Positions 8,901 through 21,220 of a stretch of DNA of 64,000 nucleotides are shown here, in pieces. The stretch is taken from positions 42,680 through 106,679 of IMG/VR virus record IMGVR_UViG_3300028048_000092; one strand, written 5' to 3'. This stretch comes from a virus. Lineage: Duplodnaviria; Caudoviricetes. The translations under genes and the position numbers were made by a program. The notes below the pieces were generated by a model. The model ran no database searches, had not been told where the DNA came from, and saw only the letters and a program-made list of their open reading frames with translations. Position 1 is the first letter of the stretch. Each line of letters begins with the position of its first letter.

Positions 8901-10154
8901 TTCGTTGCCAATGGGTTTGTAGATGGTATAGATGCTTAGCTCTGCAATCGTATAGGAGGAAGCTTCCCCGGAGGAGCCTGCAGCAATGTGGAAAAGTTCC
9001 TGAATGAGTAGGAACTTCGTTAGCTGTTTGGTTCTGCTGCTGCAGGAAACTGGAACTCTCATTTCTTCACTTATGCTGATTTGAACTATCCGAAGAGTCC
9101 TTTCGGAAAAGCTTGCGCAGACAGTTATATAGGTGTCTCCGGGAGGACTGGGGGCAAAAACGCATCTTCACATGATGTTGCGCTGCTGATGCGGATGCAA
9201 AAACTGCCCAAGGCAGCTTCCAGGACAGCCTGGTATATCCAGAACTGCTATGTGACCTTTTATGACTAGGATGATGGATCTGAGATCCTTCCCGGCTGGC
9301 CCTACAGGGTGTATGATCAAGCTGTTGACTTTGGCTATTCTTTTTGTGTGGAAGGCTCTCCTTCCCAGATAACTTATCTTATAAATACGACAGAGAGCTT
9401 TACACCCTCTGATTAGGATGTATTTGCCGCGCTTATTAATGGCTCAAGAACTACATTCCACATATAGATACCTCCTTATCTGGCAGGAGAAGGGCTCTCT
9501 CCAACGGATCTTACTAGAAGTACTTTTCAGCTTGTATCTGTAAGGGACAGCAGGAAGTGGCTGAGCATTTCTGCTTCCACTTGGGATGGACGTTGCTATT
9601 TGGATGCTTACGGCGGGCTGCAGGTTACTACTGCAGATAACGGAAGCACTACTTGGAATTGTGAAACGCAGACATGTTATTGGGGATAGCAAACTACAGG
9701 AGATTGTGTTATTCCCACATTGGATATACTGCCCCACGGGGATTGCGATACAGAAACAGGTACCGTAGGCAGAAGCGGCTTTGGCAGATACCGCAGCCTG
9801 CTTAAAAATGCTTCTGACTCCGGTTATGCTCTAGTAAATACTTCCAGTATGCGTTTCTGTGATCTTCCTTAGGGGGTTTTTGCTGCGTTTCTTATAAGAG
9901 CCTTAGACAATTGGTACGACTTTCCAAGCAGCTATGCAAGGGTCTGTGATCAGAATTATTATAGAGCATCCAAAGATTGTATAGTCATACCTGTTCCCGC
10001 TAATCTTGAGGAGGGCGACTAGTATACTCTCAGTATAACTCATGATCTTTCAGATAGCACCACTTATGAATAGGAAGGAGATACTAGTTATCGTAAGTGC
10101 CATGTATAGATATAGCAGAAGTTCATTTTCCACTTGCCGACATAGTGGTACTGA
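5988..10154 (+). CDS. very large Cys-rich protein, probably structural (TAG=Glu, about 1388 aa)
   Basis: ATG 5988, fragments 7494, 8070, 9081 and terminal TGA 10152-10154 share one frame; dozens of TAG; not checked codon by codon. Confidence 0.65.
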
Positions 10155-10168
10155 TAAAGGAGAAATAA

Positions 10169-10900
10169 ATGCCCTGTTCTTGTAAACTAAAATCTTCAGA
10201 TGTCAAATATGTTCCACCTAAGTCCCTTTAGGTTAAGCTCGCAGAAGTAAAATAGGTGCAGCCGGCAAAAGCTGCCTAGCCTTATGACTTCTCAGCTACT
10301 ACAAAGCCGTCTTAGCTGTGCCTTAACTGTGTTTCCAAGCATCTGGGACTTGCCTATCTGTTCCTTAGATAGCAGCTCCCATACAAGCTGGTTTCCATAG
10401 GATAGCTGATGTGTGCTTCTTAGCACCTTTACAATATGCAGCTCCCCGAAGCAAATTATATGCACAGTCTTGCTTTGAAGCTCCTCAGAGATCCTGAAAA
10501 TAAAGAAGTTCAGTCCCGGATAGAAAAGGTCCTTCAGGATCTGTATGAAACTTCGCAGCTTCCCGGTATATAGTAGAGAGAAGAGGGGACTCCTTTGTAG
10601 GAATACCTTCTGACGTTATTGTTGGTATACTCTCTCGTATTTACTTAGATCATGTACTAGAAGAGCAACATTCCCTGGGCAGTCTCCCATCTTGCGCAGG
10701 CTTCCATATTCTATTTCGAAGCATCAAGAAACAGAGAACAGTTCCAAAGTACCAGAGAGATCTGGAAGCTTTTACAGGATATAAAAGATTTCAACAAGGA
10801 GTATTCTTCTGCCAAGTCCCGCCTGTGGAATTTTATAGAACAGCTCTACAACGAGTATAAGAAACAGAAGCAGCAAAAGGAGTCAATAATATCTCTCTAA
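10169..10900 (+). CDS. hypothetical protein (TAG=Glu, 243 aa)
   Basis: RBS AAGGAG, MPCSCK start, CLNCVSKHLG motif, TAA at 10898-10900 in frame. Confidence 0.7.
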
Positions 10901-10938
10901 AGGAAATACGTAGTATTTCCAATTAGAGATATTATTGG
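10884..10938. terminator. long inverted repeat
   Basis: CAATAATATCTCT..GGAAATAC-gta-GTATTTCC..AGAGATATTATTG. Confidence 0.6.
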
Positions 10939-10993
10939 TATATCGAAAAAGTCCCTTATGACGGCTTCTTCTTTATAAACATCAGGAGATCTT

Positions 10994-11767
10994 ATGTTCT
11001 ACATTAATATAGATACCAGAAAGTTTACAGTCCCTCCGGGAAGCGACTCCCATCCCCCGTATCCCAAGCCTCCCTGCAACTGTAATAAGGAGCGCCCTAC
11101 TTTCCTTAATTATGGGAGATGCAAGCCCCAGAAAGAGATAGAGAAGCCGGAACTGATCTAGTTCCAGATTTCCGAGATCCCTGTAACGTTCCTTCATGAA
11201 GACGGAACTCCCTTCGATCTTACAGGAGCGGAACTTCTACTGGCAGTAGATAATAACTTCAAGCACAGTGACTCTCTCATAGCACTTGATCCGCAGGGTG
11301 TAGTTACAGATGCGCTTGCTGGCCAGGCCTCTTTTGCTGTAGTCACCGATTCCATGAAGCTTCATCGTTTGGTACAGGCCAAGATCCCTGCTTCCCAGGT
11401 AATGATGTAGATCATCATGTATCCACAGGGAAGCCCCTGGGGGAAGATGCTGCTGCACGACAACGGCATCAATCTTATTCCAAGAATGTATTCCGATAAT
11501 GAATCTCCAAGGGAAACTCCTTAGAACTATTATACCAAGACACAGATGAGATCCATTCTGAAGAACTATCAGAAAGTGGACTCCGACTCTTCCACAGGTA
11601 TGATAATCAACGGATAGGGGGTTCCCGGCGATGATATAGGCATGCCTGGAGACTTTTATGTAGATACCCTTTAGAGCAAGCTTTACTTTAAAAAAACTGA
11701 CGACTGGGTCTTTATAGGCTACCTCTCGACGGGGCTGCCTCAAATAGAATATGATGTAATTTAGTGA
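10994..11767 (+). CDS. baseplate-upper/tail fibre adaptor-like protein (TAG=Glu)
   Basis: DGTPFDLTGA segment typical of BppU-like N-domains; YYTK repeat; G*GVP..IG.PGDFYVDT motif; ends TGA. Confidence 0.55.
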
Positions 11768-11778
11768 AAGGAACCATT

Positions 11779-12426
11779 ATGGCCGACAAAAACATCCAAC
11801 TTAAAGACAGAAACGAAAATCTTCTTTTTCCACGGGTAAAACTTACCAATGCTGTAAATGACATTGGTTTTATTACTTCGGCGGAAGTCAGCAGCAATTA
11901 TGCTACCAAATCGGAGATCGCTGACATCATCTCTGCAAAACTCAGCAGAGTCGTTGTCGATGCTCTCCCGACAGAAGACATCCAGACCAACACCATCTAC
12001 ATGGTCCCAAACGGAGGAAGTAACTCCTCCAACGTTTACACCGAATATCTCTACACTAACAACAAGTGGGAGATCATCGGAAGCACCGATACGGACCTGA
12101 CCGGTTATGCTACCGAGACTTATGTCAGCAATTATGTTGCTTCGCAGGGCTTTGCCACTGAAACTTATGTCAGTGACTATGTTGGCTCTCAGGGCTTTGC
12201 TACTCAGTCCTGGGTCACCAGCCAGAATTATGCAACTGAAAGCTATGTGAGCTCCACCTATGCTCCGATCAGCAATGCTGCTCTCGAAGGCACCCCGACC
12301 GCTCCGAATATCACCAGCGAGTCCTCCGGAACTCAGATCGCAAACAAGAACTATGTTGAAGGCTATGTCAACGACATGTTCCTTGCGCAGAACCTTGTTT
12401 ACGTCGTTCTCTCCGACTCTCTGTAA
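11779..12426 (+). CDS. tail fibre-like repeat protein
   Basis: VVDALPTEDI..NTIYMVP..YTEYLY..WEIIG, ATETYV repeats, ALEGTPTAP; no TAG. Confidence 0.8.
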   Translation: MADKNIQLKDRNENLLFPRVKLTNAVNDIGFITSAEVSSNYATKSEIADIISAKLSRVVVDALPTEDIQTNTIYMVPNGGSNSSNVYTEYLYTNNKWEIIGSTDTDLTGYATETYVSNYVASQGFATETYVSDYVGSQGFATQSWVTSQNYATESYVSSTYAPISNAALEGTPTAPNITSESSGTQIANKNYVEGYVNDMFLAQNLVYVVLSDSL

Positions 12427-12448
12427 TAACTGAGCAGGAAACAGCTAG

Positions 12449-13984
12449 ATGTCCAATATTCAGATACACTCTTATACAGGATAGGATCTATATCCCCGTA
12501 TCAAGACCAGCAATGTTATAAATGATGCGGGCTTTTTAGCTGTTTCCGATTCAGGCTCATAGGGAGCTATACTGCTGCTTACTTCATAGGGACCCAGGTG
12601 GAGTAAGCCGCAGTTTATATCCAACTACATAGAAATAACTTCCGTATCCGATTCAAAGATCTTTTTACAGGGAAGCAATATTCCAGTGGGAGTGGAAACT
12701 TCCCTTGGCAATTACTATCCTATTTAGAAGCGATCCCTTGTCATCGACTCCGATTCCATACAGATAAGTATCGATCCTTATCTTGCTTATGACGGGACAG
12801 CTTCTTTTGTTCCTCCCTGGAAGGTTTGGTTTTCCAGTGCCCCGGTCATTGTGGAGGGAGGAGCTTCCAATACACAGAAAATAATCAAGTTCCCAGGGGG
12901 TGCTTCAGGGTGGGCCTTCAAGCCCCTTCCCAATAGAGTCTATTATTATGATCTTATAGACAGCATTTCCGATTCTCTTGAAATAGACTTTCAGACAGCC
13001 GCCTTTTCCGATTCCACTTAGCAGTTCAACTTTGAAATGCAGATCGTACAAGGCGCTGTATATAATAGTAAAAATCTTATATGGAACACTTAGAAGGAGC
13101 TTCTGTGGAAAGCAGGAAGCACCTTCTCAAGTTCCAATTCAGCACCTGCTTTGGATTTGAAGGCACTGCACTGTTTTGACTTCAGGTGGGACGGTCAGCG
13201 GCTGCTCGGAGAGATGGCATACAAGATCTCCGATGTGGGTGCTTAGCAGAAGCCTCTAAGGCTGACAGCACAGGCTGCAAATTCTTCCGTTACACTCAAT
13301 TGGGTGGACTCTTCAGGAAGTGTTACTCCTCAGGCAGAGCTTTATTACAGAACAGCAGGAACTTAGTGGACTTCTTATACAATAGGAACTTAGCTGCAGC
13401 TTACTTCTACAGGAGACTGGGTGTAGTTCTGGAACAGCGCAAACAAGTTCTCCTATTCCACTGCAGCCTATTATCAGTTTGCCATGCAGGGTGTTATTGC
13501 GGCTTCCGGGAACATCATGTCCCTGCTGAATTATGGAAGTATGAAAGGGGCTGCTTTTGCATACTTGTTCAATGGTTGTGATTCTCTTACAACTGCTCCT
13601 GAGCTTCCTGCCACTGTCCTAGCGAGCAGCTGCTACTTTGCGATGTTTCGTACCTGCACGTCTCTTATTGTTGCACCTGTGTTGCCGGCATCTGTCTTAT
13701 ATAATAACTGTTATCAGTCAATGTTCCGCGGATGTACTTCTTTGACCGCTGTTCCATTGCTGTTTGCCAAGGCTCTTGTAAAAGGATGCTGTGCTTATAT
13801 GTGCTATAGCTGTACTTCTCTAAATGCTGTAACAGTTGCGTTTGACACCTGGGAAGACAATACCACTACCAGCTGGTTGTCCACTGTGGCCGCTTCAGGT
13901 ACCTTCACTTGTCCTTATGGGCTGTCCGATGAAGTGAGAGATACGAGCCATATTCCTTCCGGATGGACCGTTGTAAGAGTTTGA
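12449..13984 (+). CDS. fibre/adhesin with C-terminal BspA-type leucine-rich repeats (TAG=Glu, 511 aa)
   Basis: LTTAPELPATVLASSCYFAMFRTCTSL repeats; N-terminus paralogous to 14057. Confidence 0.75.
12491..12559 (+). repeat. 69-nt exact duplication (second copy 14102-14170)
   Basis: TATCCCCGTATCAAG...TCAGGCTCA identical; next codon is TAG here and GAA in the copy. Confidence 0.9.
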
Positions 13985-14056
13985 CAATATGAGCAATATG
14001 TATATACTATCCCAGAAAGATATTCTTCGGGCATTCATTGAATAAGAGAGGCATAG

Positions 14057-15970
14057 ATGTCTAATAACATACAACTACAGTCTATTTTCGGGAAGCCTTT
14101 GTATCCCCGTATCAAGACCAGCAATGTTATAAATGATGCGGGCTTTTTAGCTGTTTCCGATTCAGGCTCAGAAGGGCAGTTCCTGATACAGACTGCGGAA
14201 GGACCCAAGTGGGTAACTATATAGCAGTCGCAGCTGTAGTCCAATTACAGATACTTCTCTCAAGCCCCTCAAAACCTTGTTACTTTTCAAGGGCTGAGCA
14301 TTCCGGTTGGGGTAGAGGCACCTTCCGGCAATTATTATCCTGTTGAAAAGAACTCTTTATCTATAGGTTCCAGCAGTGTCACCCTTGACATCACTGCCTA
14401 TCTTGCTTATTAGGACACGCCTTCTATCAGCGGGCTTTGGAGAGCGTGGTTCTCCTCGGGAGGCACGCTTTCCGACAGCTTCTCTTTGAGTGACTATTAT
14501 ACCAAGTCTCAAGTGGATGAGCTTATTGCAGGGAACATTACGGAACGTACAGCTTTTGTGCCCTTTTCCAGTGTTACCAACAATAAAGTGACCTTTACAG
14601 GCTGCGGCATTCCTACCGGGGTGCTTACTCCTTCAGGCAGCTATTACAGCATATAGAAGAGCAGTGTGGAATATAATAAGCAGCTTGGCAGGACTGTATT
14701 GGATGTTTCTGCTTATTTAGCTTATTAGGACATGGCTTCTTTTTCAGGTACCTGGACAGCATGCTTCCCTACAGGTATAATAGGAAGCAACAGCAGCGGG
14801 TACTATACCAAGCAAGAGGTGGATGACCTCTTTGCACAGCTCTCAGACAGTATCCAGAATACTTATTACACTAAGAGTGAAGTAAACGGCTTTATCGATG
14901 CACTGTCGGACTCTATAGACGCAGTGAATACCAAGTTCTCCAGCTATTACACCAAGAGCGAGATGGATGAGAAGCTGCAGCGTAATAATATGCCCATCGG
15001 GACTATATTCTACTATCCTTCTTCAGTTCCACCAGAAGGAGCGTTTTTGTTGAATGGGCAGGTAATTTATAATTGCAATACACTATATCCCGATTTTTGG
15101 GAGTGGCTTGTTACAAATATTTCTGCAAGTAATATAAGGTCGTTGTCAGCTTCTTCTTATTAGGCATAGTTATCATCTAGAGGATTTTGTGGGGCGTTTA
15201 CTGTTAACAGCAGTACAGGCGCTGTCAGACTGCCTTGTCTTACAAATGCTTTTATACAAGGAAATGATAGTAATATTGGAGCTTCTATCGCTCCAGGCCT
15301 GCCGGATATTCAAGGTGAACTGCAGGCCACTTATTCAGTTTTCCGTGGAAGTGCTTCAGGTGCGCTTACCTACGCAAGTACCTAGACGCAGCTGTCGTCT
15401 CCGACTTTCCCGCAGACAGCTGTTACACAACGAGTAAAGTTTAAAGCAAGAAATTATAATACTATCTACGGCAATTCAACTACAGTACAGCCCCCTGCCG
15501 TAAAGTACTCTGTCTGTATCCAGGTATTCAATACTGCCCTGTCTCTCTCCAATCAAGTTTCTGCGCAGCTTGCTACAGAGTTGCAAAGCAAGGCCGGGAT
15601 AAACGCAGAGAATTTCACTGCGACAGGAAAAGATAGCCTAATCAACATTATGTCTGATTTTGCCCCAACTCAGGTCACATCTGTTGCTGCATTGAATACA
15701 TATTATACAGCCACCAAAGCTGGAATTTTGTATGCTTCTTTTACAAATAGTGTAAATGCTACTACAGATTGTTATATTGTAGCTGCAATAACTGAACCCA
15801 ATGTTACTACATCTTATTATTACTCTGGAGGATATGTAGCTGCCAGTCACACTCAAAGACATAGCCTGTTTATACCGAAAGGACAGCGATATAGGGTAGA
15901 CGCAGGCAATGCAAATATAACCTGGTCTGCTTTTTTTATCCCCCTTAGAAACTCCATAGCAACCAGCTGA
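14057..15970 (+). CDS. tail fibre protein (TAG=Glu, 637 aa)
   Basis: YYTK repeats; MPIGTIFY..PEGAFLLNGQ collar-like domain; GLPDIQG, IYGNSTTVQPPAV; fragments 14732 and 15581 in frame. Confidence 0.85.
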
Positions 15971-15978
15971 GGTGACTC

Positions 15979-16425
15979 ATGATTTACATCACATATGACA
16001 TCGAAACAGGTGCTGTAGATGATACAGCCTATGCCACTATAGATATAATCCCAGAGGGCAAAGCTTATCTGCCTCTTATGGAAGAGACCTGGAACAGCGC
16101 CCAGGGAAAGCTTATGAGAGTAGAGGACGGGCAGTTCATTTGCACAGATCCTCCGCCAACTGTGGCAGACTATGACAAAGCTATGGAAGACCATCTTGCA
16201 GCAGAAAGAGCAGCAAGGGGCTACACCATAAGAGAGCCTTCAGATTACAAAGACAGTTCCGTAGAGAGATGGAATCAGGATGCAATTGACTGGATCTCCC
16301 ACAGAGACGCTGTAATGCTTTACGGACTTGAAGTAATGAATCATTATGCAGAGACAGGAGAAGCCCCTTCCCTGCAATAGTTCAAATAGAACCTTCCCGT
16401 TATAACTTGGTCATATGAGGTATAA
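15979..16425 (+). CDS. tail fibre assembly/chaperone-like protein (TAG=Glu)
   Basis: Follows fibre gene; A.ARGY...Y.DS...W..DA..WI..RDAV...PSLQ*FK*NLP pattern; ends TAA. Confidence 0.7.
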
Positions 16426-16427
16426 GA

Positions 16428-17906
16428 ATGGAATATATCTTCACAGATTTACCTAGATATGTAAAGGTCACTGACAGAAGCCGTTTCAGCAATGCAGTGA
16501 TCCACGATGGGTATGTACTTTTGTTCTCTTAGGATGGACAGTCACTTACTGCAAAGCTTCCCAACGGTAGTTTCGTAAATGTGGGAGGAAGCGACTCCTT
16601 CTCATTCTCTCAGGTGACTGCAACTGCTTCGGATGTGCTCGCAGGAAAGTTCTTCCACAACTCCTCCGGTATCCTTGTAGAAGGTACTATACAGACAGTC
16701 ACAGCAGCTGTGAACGCCAATAAGATCGTTATTCCCAGAGGCTTTATAGAATCCGATTCCATTACGATCCCTTAGGCTGATCCTCTTACAGTCTCCGGCA
16801 ATACCGTTACAGTGCCTGTCGGTTATATAGCTTCCCAGAGAGTCGCCCAGATAGCTTAGGGAGGACCTGTTACTGTATCAGATAACCTGGTGCACATTCC
16901 GGCAGGCTGGAGAGCCGCATCAGACTCCGTTACAGTTGGTACACTGCAGGAGTCTTAGAGTTACACTCCGGGGACTTCTGATCAAGTTATTCCGGCAGGC
17001 ACTTATTTGGCAGGTGCACAGGTGATCCTGGGAGATGCGAATCTTATTTCTGGAAACATTGCTTCTGGGGTTACTATTTTCGGTGTACAGGGAACACATC
17101 AGGGAGGCACTTCTCTAAGGGCTGGTGTGCTGGTCTCTGACAGCGGCACACTTAAAGTGCAACCTCTTAGCTTTGACGGCACAATCCCCAGTGACAGTGG
17201 AACTTTGGAGAGCCTTTCTGATTCATCTCTATTGATCTTTGAGACAGGACATCCTGAGCCTGCTTATGACGGATAGGGAAGCACATCTGGAGATAACCCA
17301 TTTTAGCTGGTAGATTATATACAGTCAACCGGAACCCAGTACATAGATACAGGCTATTATCCTAAAGCTAATTCAAAGTTTGAATTGCTTGCAAATGTTG
17401 ACTCTGATAATACAAGTTATGTATGTCCTTTTGGAACTAGAGAAGGAACTGCTGGATATGCCAAAGAAAAACCCGCTTTGATATTTTTAAAATTTGATAG
17501 TGTTAATAAGTTAAATGCTGCATGGGGCAGTGATGATTATCAACTTTATTCCACAGAAAAATTCTTTAATACCAAGTGCGCGTATTCTTTATCTTCCGGA
17601 TATGTATCCTTAAAAACAGAAAATTTAAGTAACTGTATTGCTTATTCATTTACTGGAGGTTCAGTTACTGACAGTAGACCTATGTATTTGTTTGTTTTAT
17701 TGAATGGCAGTTCTCCTGATATCGATTGGACTATCTGTAGTATGAAATTATATAGGTTTAGAATCTCTGAAGGGGATGCTTTAGTGCATTAGTTTATTCC
17801 ATGGACGGATTCTCAAAATATAGTATGTCTGAAAGATACAGTCACCGGGGACTTGAAGTATAATATCGGTTCCGGCTCTTTTACTAGAGGCCGTGATAGT
17901 AATTAA
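16428..17906 (+). CDS. tail fibre/adhesin protein (TAG=Glu)
   Basis: TATASDVLAGK, YTPGTSDQVI..GDANLISGNI..GVTIFGV, YIQSTGTQYIDTG domains in one frame. Confidence 0.75.
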
Positions 17907-17921
17907 TAAGGACCCTTTTAC

Positions 17922-18833
17922 ATGAACATAACAGATTCTAATTTAGTTCCCGTTACAGCGCAGCCTAAGGCTGGGCAGCGTGTTATATAGATAGCTCCTG
18001 GAAAATGGATCCCTGTGGGCCTTGGAGGAAAGTTCCCTCCCGTTGCTGCTTCTTCCGACAGCACACTTTTGGCACTCGAAGCAGGGTACATCGATGAGAA
18101 TGGCAACTTCCAGCCGCTCTCCTTTAATGGTACTTAGGCAAGCGACTCCGGGAATGCTGTAGAGGGACTATAGCACAAGATCTTCAATACAGGACATGAA
18201 GAGCCTGATTATGGTGGCTCTGGTGGTTCTGGTATTCAATTGCCTAGCGATGCTTGTTTCTATCTGCCTCTTTCTACTGATGTGACAACACAAACCGGAC
18301 AAGCAACAACAGCGACTGGTATAACTTTTAACACTTAGGCAGGTATTACTGCTGCTGTGTTTGATGGCGAAGGGTATATAAGCTTCTCTGACTCAGGCTT
18401 ACCTGAAGATACTTCAGCTAGATCCTTTTCGTTTTGGTTCAAAAGAACCTCTTCTATTGACGATAATGTTGTTATTAATTACGGTGTGGATGCTATTAGA
18501 AAGCGCTTTGGTATTTTTTTAGCCGATACAGGACTCACCGTAGGTATAGGTGGTGGTTACAGTGTAAGTATTACACATGCTTTTGCTGCTAATAGGTGGT
18601 ACAACATAGTTGTAATATATGCTGATGGTTTTATTAATTTGTGTGTTGATGGTGGATAGATTCGCAGTGTGGAGGCGCCTTATTTTTCCACGGAACTGAC
18701 AGGAACAGGTTACATAGGTTATCGCAATGGAACCACGTTAAACGGAATGCTGGCAGGTGTCAGAGTATTTAATCGGGCACTTACGGCTGCAGATATATAC
18801 GCTTTAGCTCGTGAATTTGTTCCCACCGCTTGA
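17922..18833 (+). CDS. LamG/concanavalin-like domain adhesin (TAG=Glu)
   Basis: FDGEGYI, SFSFWFK, WYNIVV, VRVFNRALT; ends LAREFVPTA-TGA. Confidence 0.8.
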
Positions 18834-18848
18834 TAAAGGATCCTTCAT

Positions 18849-19199
18849 ATGAACTTAACAGAATCTAATTTAATTACTTTAAATACAGAGCTTAAACAAG
18901 GTCAGCGCTGTATCCGCATAGGTAACAGCATAATTCCTGTTGGAGTAGGTGGAAGCTTTGCTCCGGGCAGTGACTCCACTATTCCATAGGCAGCCGATGT
19001 CATCCTCGGTGTAGTGGATGCCCAGGGAAAGTTCCAGCCCTTCAAGTTTAATGGTACAGAAGCCTCCGATTCAGGATAGCCTATTACAGTCTCTTAGTAC
19101 AAGAGCTGGAACAGCACTTTGCCTGCGCCCACACCAAGCCCTTCCGGCGGCATGGACGATCTTTAGTTCTTTGATTGGTATACAATTTTATCTAAATAA
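18849..19199 (+). CDS. short paralogue of the adhesin N-terminal module (TAG=Glu)
   Basis: NLTESNLI..GQR.I.I...IPVGVGG and FQPFKFNGTEASDSG shared with 17922. Confidence 0.7.
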
Positions 19200-19211
19200 G
19201 GAGTTTTGAAA

Positions 19212-19508
19212 ATGGATGTTAAAAGATTTGATGTTGTAACGAACGCGAGTGACTCCGCTTCTATCTGCACTGTTCCTTCCGGGAAAGCTTACACAGTGAC
19301 AGGATTTACTATTGTGGAAACTGAAGGCAACTCAGGGGAAATTACACTGAAAGTAGGAAACCAGATCATCGGGCAGTTCGGAGTGTCCGGACCAGATACT
19401 ATTTATCCTGTCACCAATGTTAATTTGACTGCTTCTTAGACACTTAAAGTAGATTGCTCTATATCTGGTGTTTATGTCACCGCTTCTGTTGTGGAAAGGG
19501 ATGTGTAA
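19212..19508 (+). CDS. small beta-rich structural protein (TAG=Glu)
   Basis: TVPSGKAYTV motif; one TAG; ends TAA overlapping next ATG. Confidence 0.7.
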
Positions 19509-19795
19509 TGAGCGGGACACTGGGAGCGATTCGCCGGGAACGGCAAAGAAGGGAAGAAGTTCTCCGCAAGGCTCAGGCGGAAGCCGATAAGCGGCAGTCT
19601 CTTGAGCTGAACCGCGAGGCTGTCATTGCGGAGATTTGCGAGGCTTTCGGCTGGACGGAACTGGATGAGTTCGCCCGGAAGATGATCGATGACGCTTTCG
19701 CCGGGCAGCTGGTAGACGTGAAGCAACTAAAAAAAGACCTTGCCAAGTGGAAAGAAGAACAGGAGCATCCGCAGGAGTCTCCGAAGGAGGAATAA
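19508..19795 (+). CDS. hypothetical protein
   Basis: Coupled ATG; Glu-rich yet TAG-free; higher GC than neighbours. Confidence 0.65.
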   Translation: MSGTLGAIRRERQRREEVLRKAQAEADKRQSLELNREAVIAEICEAFGWTELDEFARKMIDDAFAGQLVDVKQLKKDLAKWKEEQEHPQESPKEE

Positions 19796-19796
19796 C

Positions 19797-21215
19797 ATGC
19801 CACTGTATCATCACCAGGTTAGCACTTCTGATGTATATGTACCAACAGGGAAAACCATGCCTACAGGGGCAGTGTTCTATGCGCCGTTATCGTCTGCGTC
19901 TGCGACGGCAGCGACCGGGCAGACGTTAACGGCAAAAGGGACTGCTACATATCAGAATCAACAAGGCATCAACTGCGTTTATTTTAATGGAAGTTCTTCA
20001 TATATTTACATCCCTGAAGCCCTTGCCGATACCTTTCCTGGGTTAAGTTCCAAAGATACCTTAGCTTATTGTTGCTGGTTCAACACAAAAAATAAAAATG
20101 CCGGCCAGGAGATAATCTCTTGTACAGAGGGTGGGGGGTTTAGTATTGGATTAAATTCGGACGGCAATTCGGGTTATATGCATATTTATGTGATGGCAGG
20201 TGGTTCATATTTAAATGAGAATATTTGTCCCATTTCCAAGGTAAAACAGGATCAGTGGATGTTTATATGCGTTAATTATAACGGAAGCACTGTTGATGTA
20301 TATTTAGATAACGAGAAGGTAAATTCTTTTAATAAAACTGGGAATCTTGGCATGCCGAACAACGCTCCTTTGGCGATAGGAGCAGAAAGCGCGGATCTAT
20401 CTACGACGTTTTCTTCTGATTGTTTCAATGGTTATATATCTTCCGTGCGCGTCTACGACCGTGCCTTAACCCAATCGGAAATTACCACTCTATCGCAAGA
20501 GTTTGCCCTTGCCGTGGAGACTTCCGGCTTCGATGAGCTCGGCCATCCGGTGCAATATGATTCTGCCTTTGATGCTGGGTGTTCACTTTCTTACAGCTGG
20601 GTAGACGAGAATACAATATTATATATTCCTATGTATGGTAATTCTCCTTTTACCGATAAAAGTCAGAATCAATATTCAGTAACGAACAATGGTGTAACTG
20701 CTGTGACTAATGTCGCACCTCCTTCAGGAGGAACAGGGGCTGGATACTTAAATTCAACAAACCACTATCTATATACAGGAATTAATATCCTCAACGGTCT
20801 GACTACTTTTACGCTTGAGTTTGATTTCAGGCTGACACAAATCCCCAGCGGGGGAAATGACTGGGACGACGGCTATTACTTCGCTGCCAACGGGAATAAT
20901 TACGACAATCCAGGATGCGACATGTATTTTGGAACCTCTCAGATTGTTCTTAATTTTGACAACTATAATAATCGGGTTGGAACTTCTTATACACCCGATA
21001 CGAATTGGCACAACCTTAAGATAACACGAGATTCATCTAATCTGGTATCCGTTTACATAGACGGCGTATTAATAAACAGCTATACCCGTTCCAATAGTTT
21101 TTACTCTGGTTCGTATGGCTTCGCGATCGGCAGAGTAGAGCCGCAGGGAGAAACCGGAGGTGCTGGTTTCCATGGGTATATAGCAAACTACCGAATTTCT
21201 AATATTGTGAGGTAA
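19797..21215 (+). CDS. double LamG domain adhesin
   Basis: Two LamG-like domains (FNGYISSVRVYDRALT; FHGYIANYRISN); RBS GGAGG; no TAG. Confidence 0.85.
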   Translation: MPLYHHQVSTSDVYVPTGKTMPTGAVFYAPLSSASATAATGQTLTAKGTATYQNQQGINCVYFNGSSSYIYIPEALADTFPGLSSKDTLAYCCWFNTKNKNAGQEIISCTEGGGFSIGLNSDGNSGYMHIYVMAGGSYLNENICPISKVKQDQWMFICVNYNGSTVDVYLDNEKVNSFNKTGNLGMPNNAPLAIGAESADLSTTFSSDCFNGYISSVRVYDRALTQSEITTLSQEFALAVETSGFDELGHPVQYDSAFDAGCSLSYSWVDENTILYIPMYGNSPFTDKSQNQYSVTNNGVTAVTNVAPPSGGTGAGYLNSTNHYLYTGINILNGLTTFTLEFDFRLTQIPSGGNDWDDGYYFAANGNNYDNPGCDMYFGTSQIVLNFDNYNNRVGTSYTPDTNWHNLKITRDSSNLVSVYIDGVLINSYTRSNSFYSGSYGFAIGRVEPQGETGGAGFHGYIANYRISNIVR

Positions 21216-21220
21216 ATATC

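Noticed and set aside
12491-14170. Diversity-generating retroelement template/variable repeat pair
   Set aside because: The duplicate is exact, N-terminal and lacks adenine-specific mismatches; no reverse transcriptase seen
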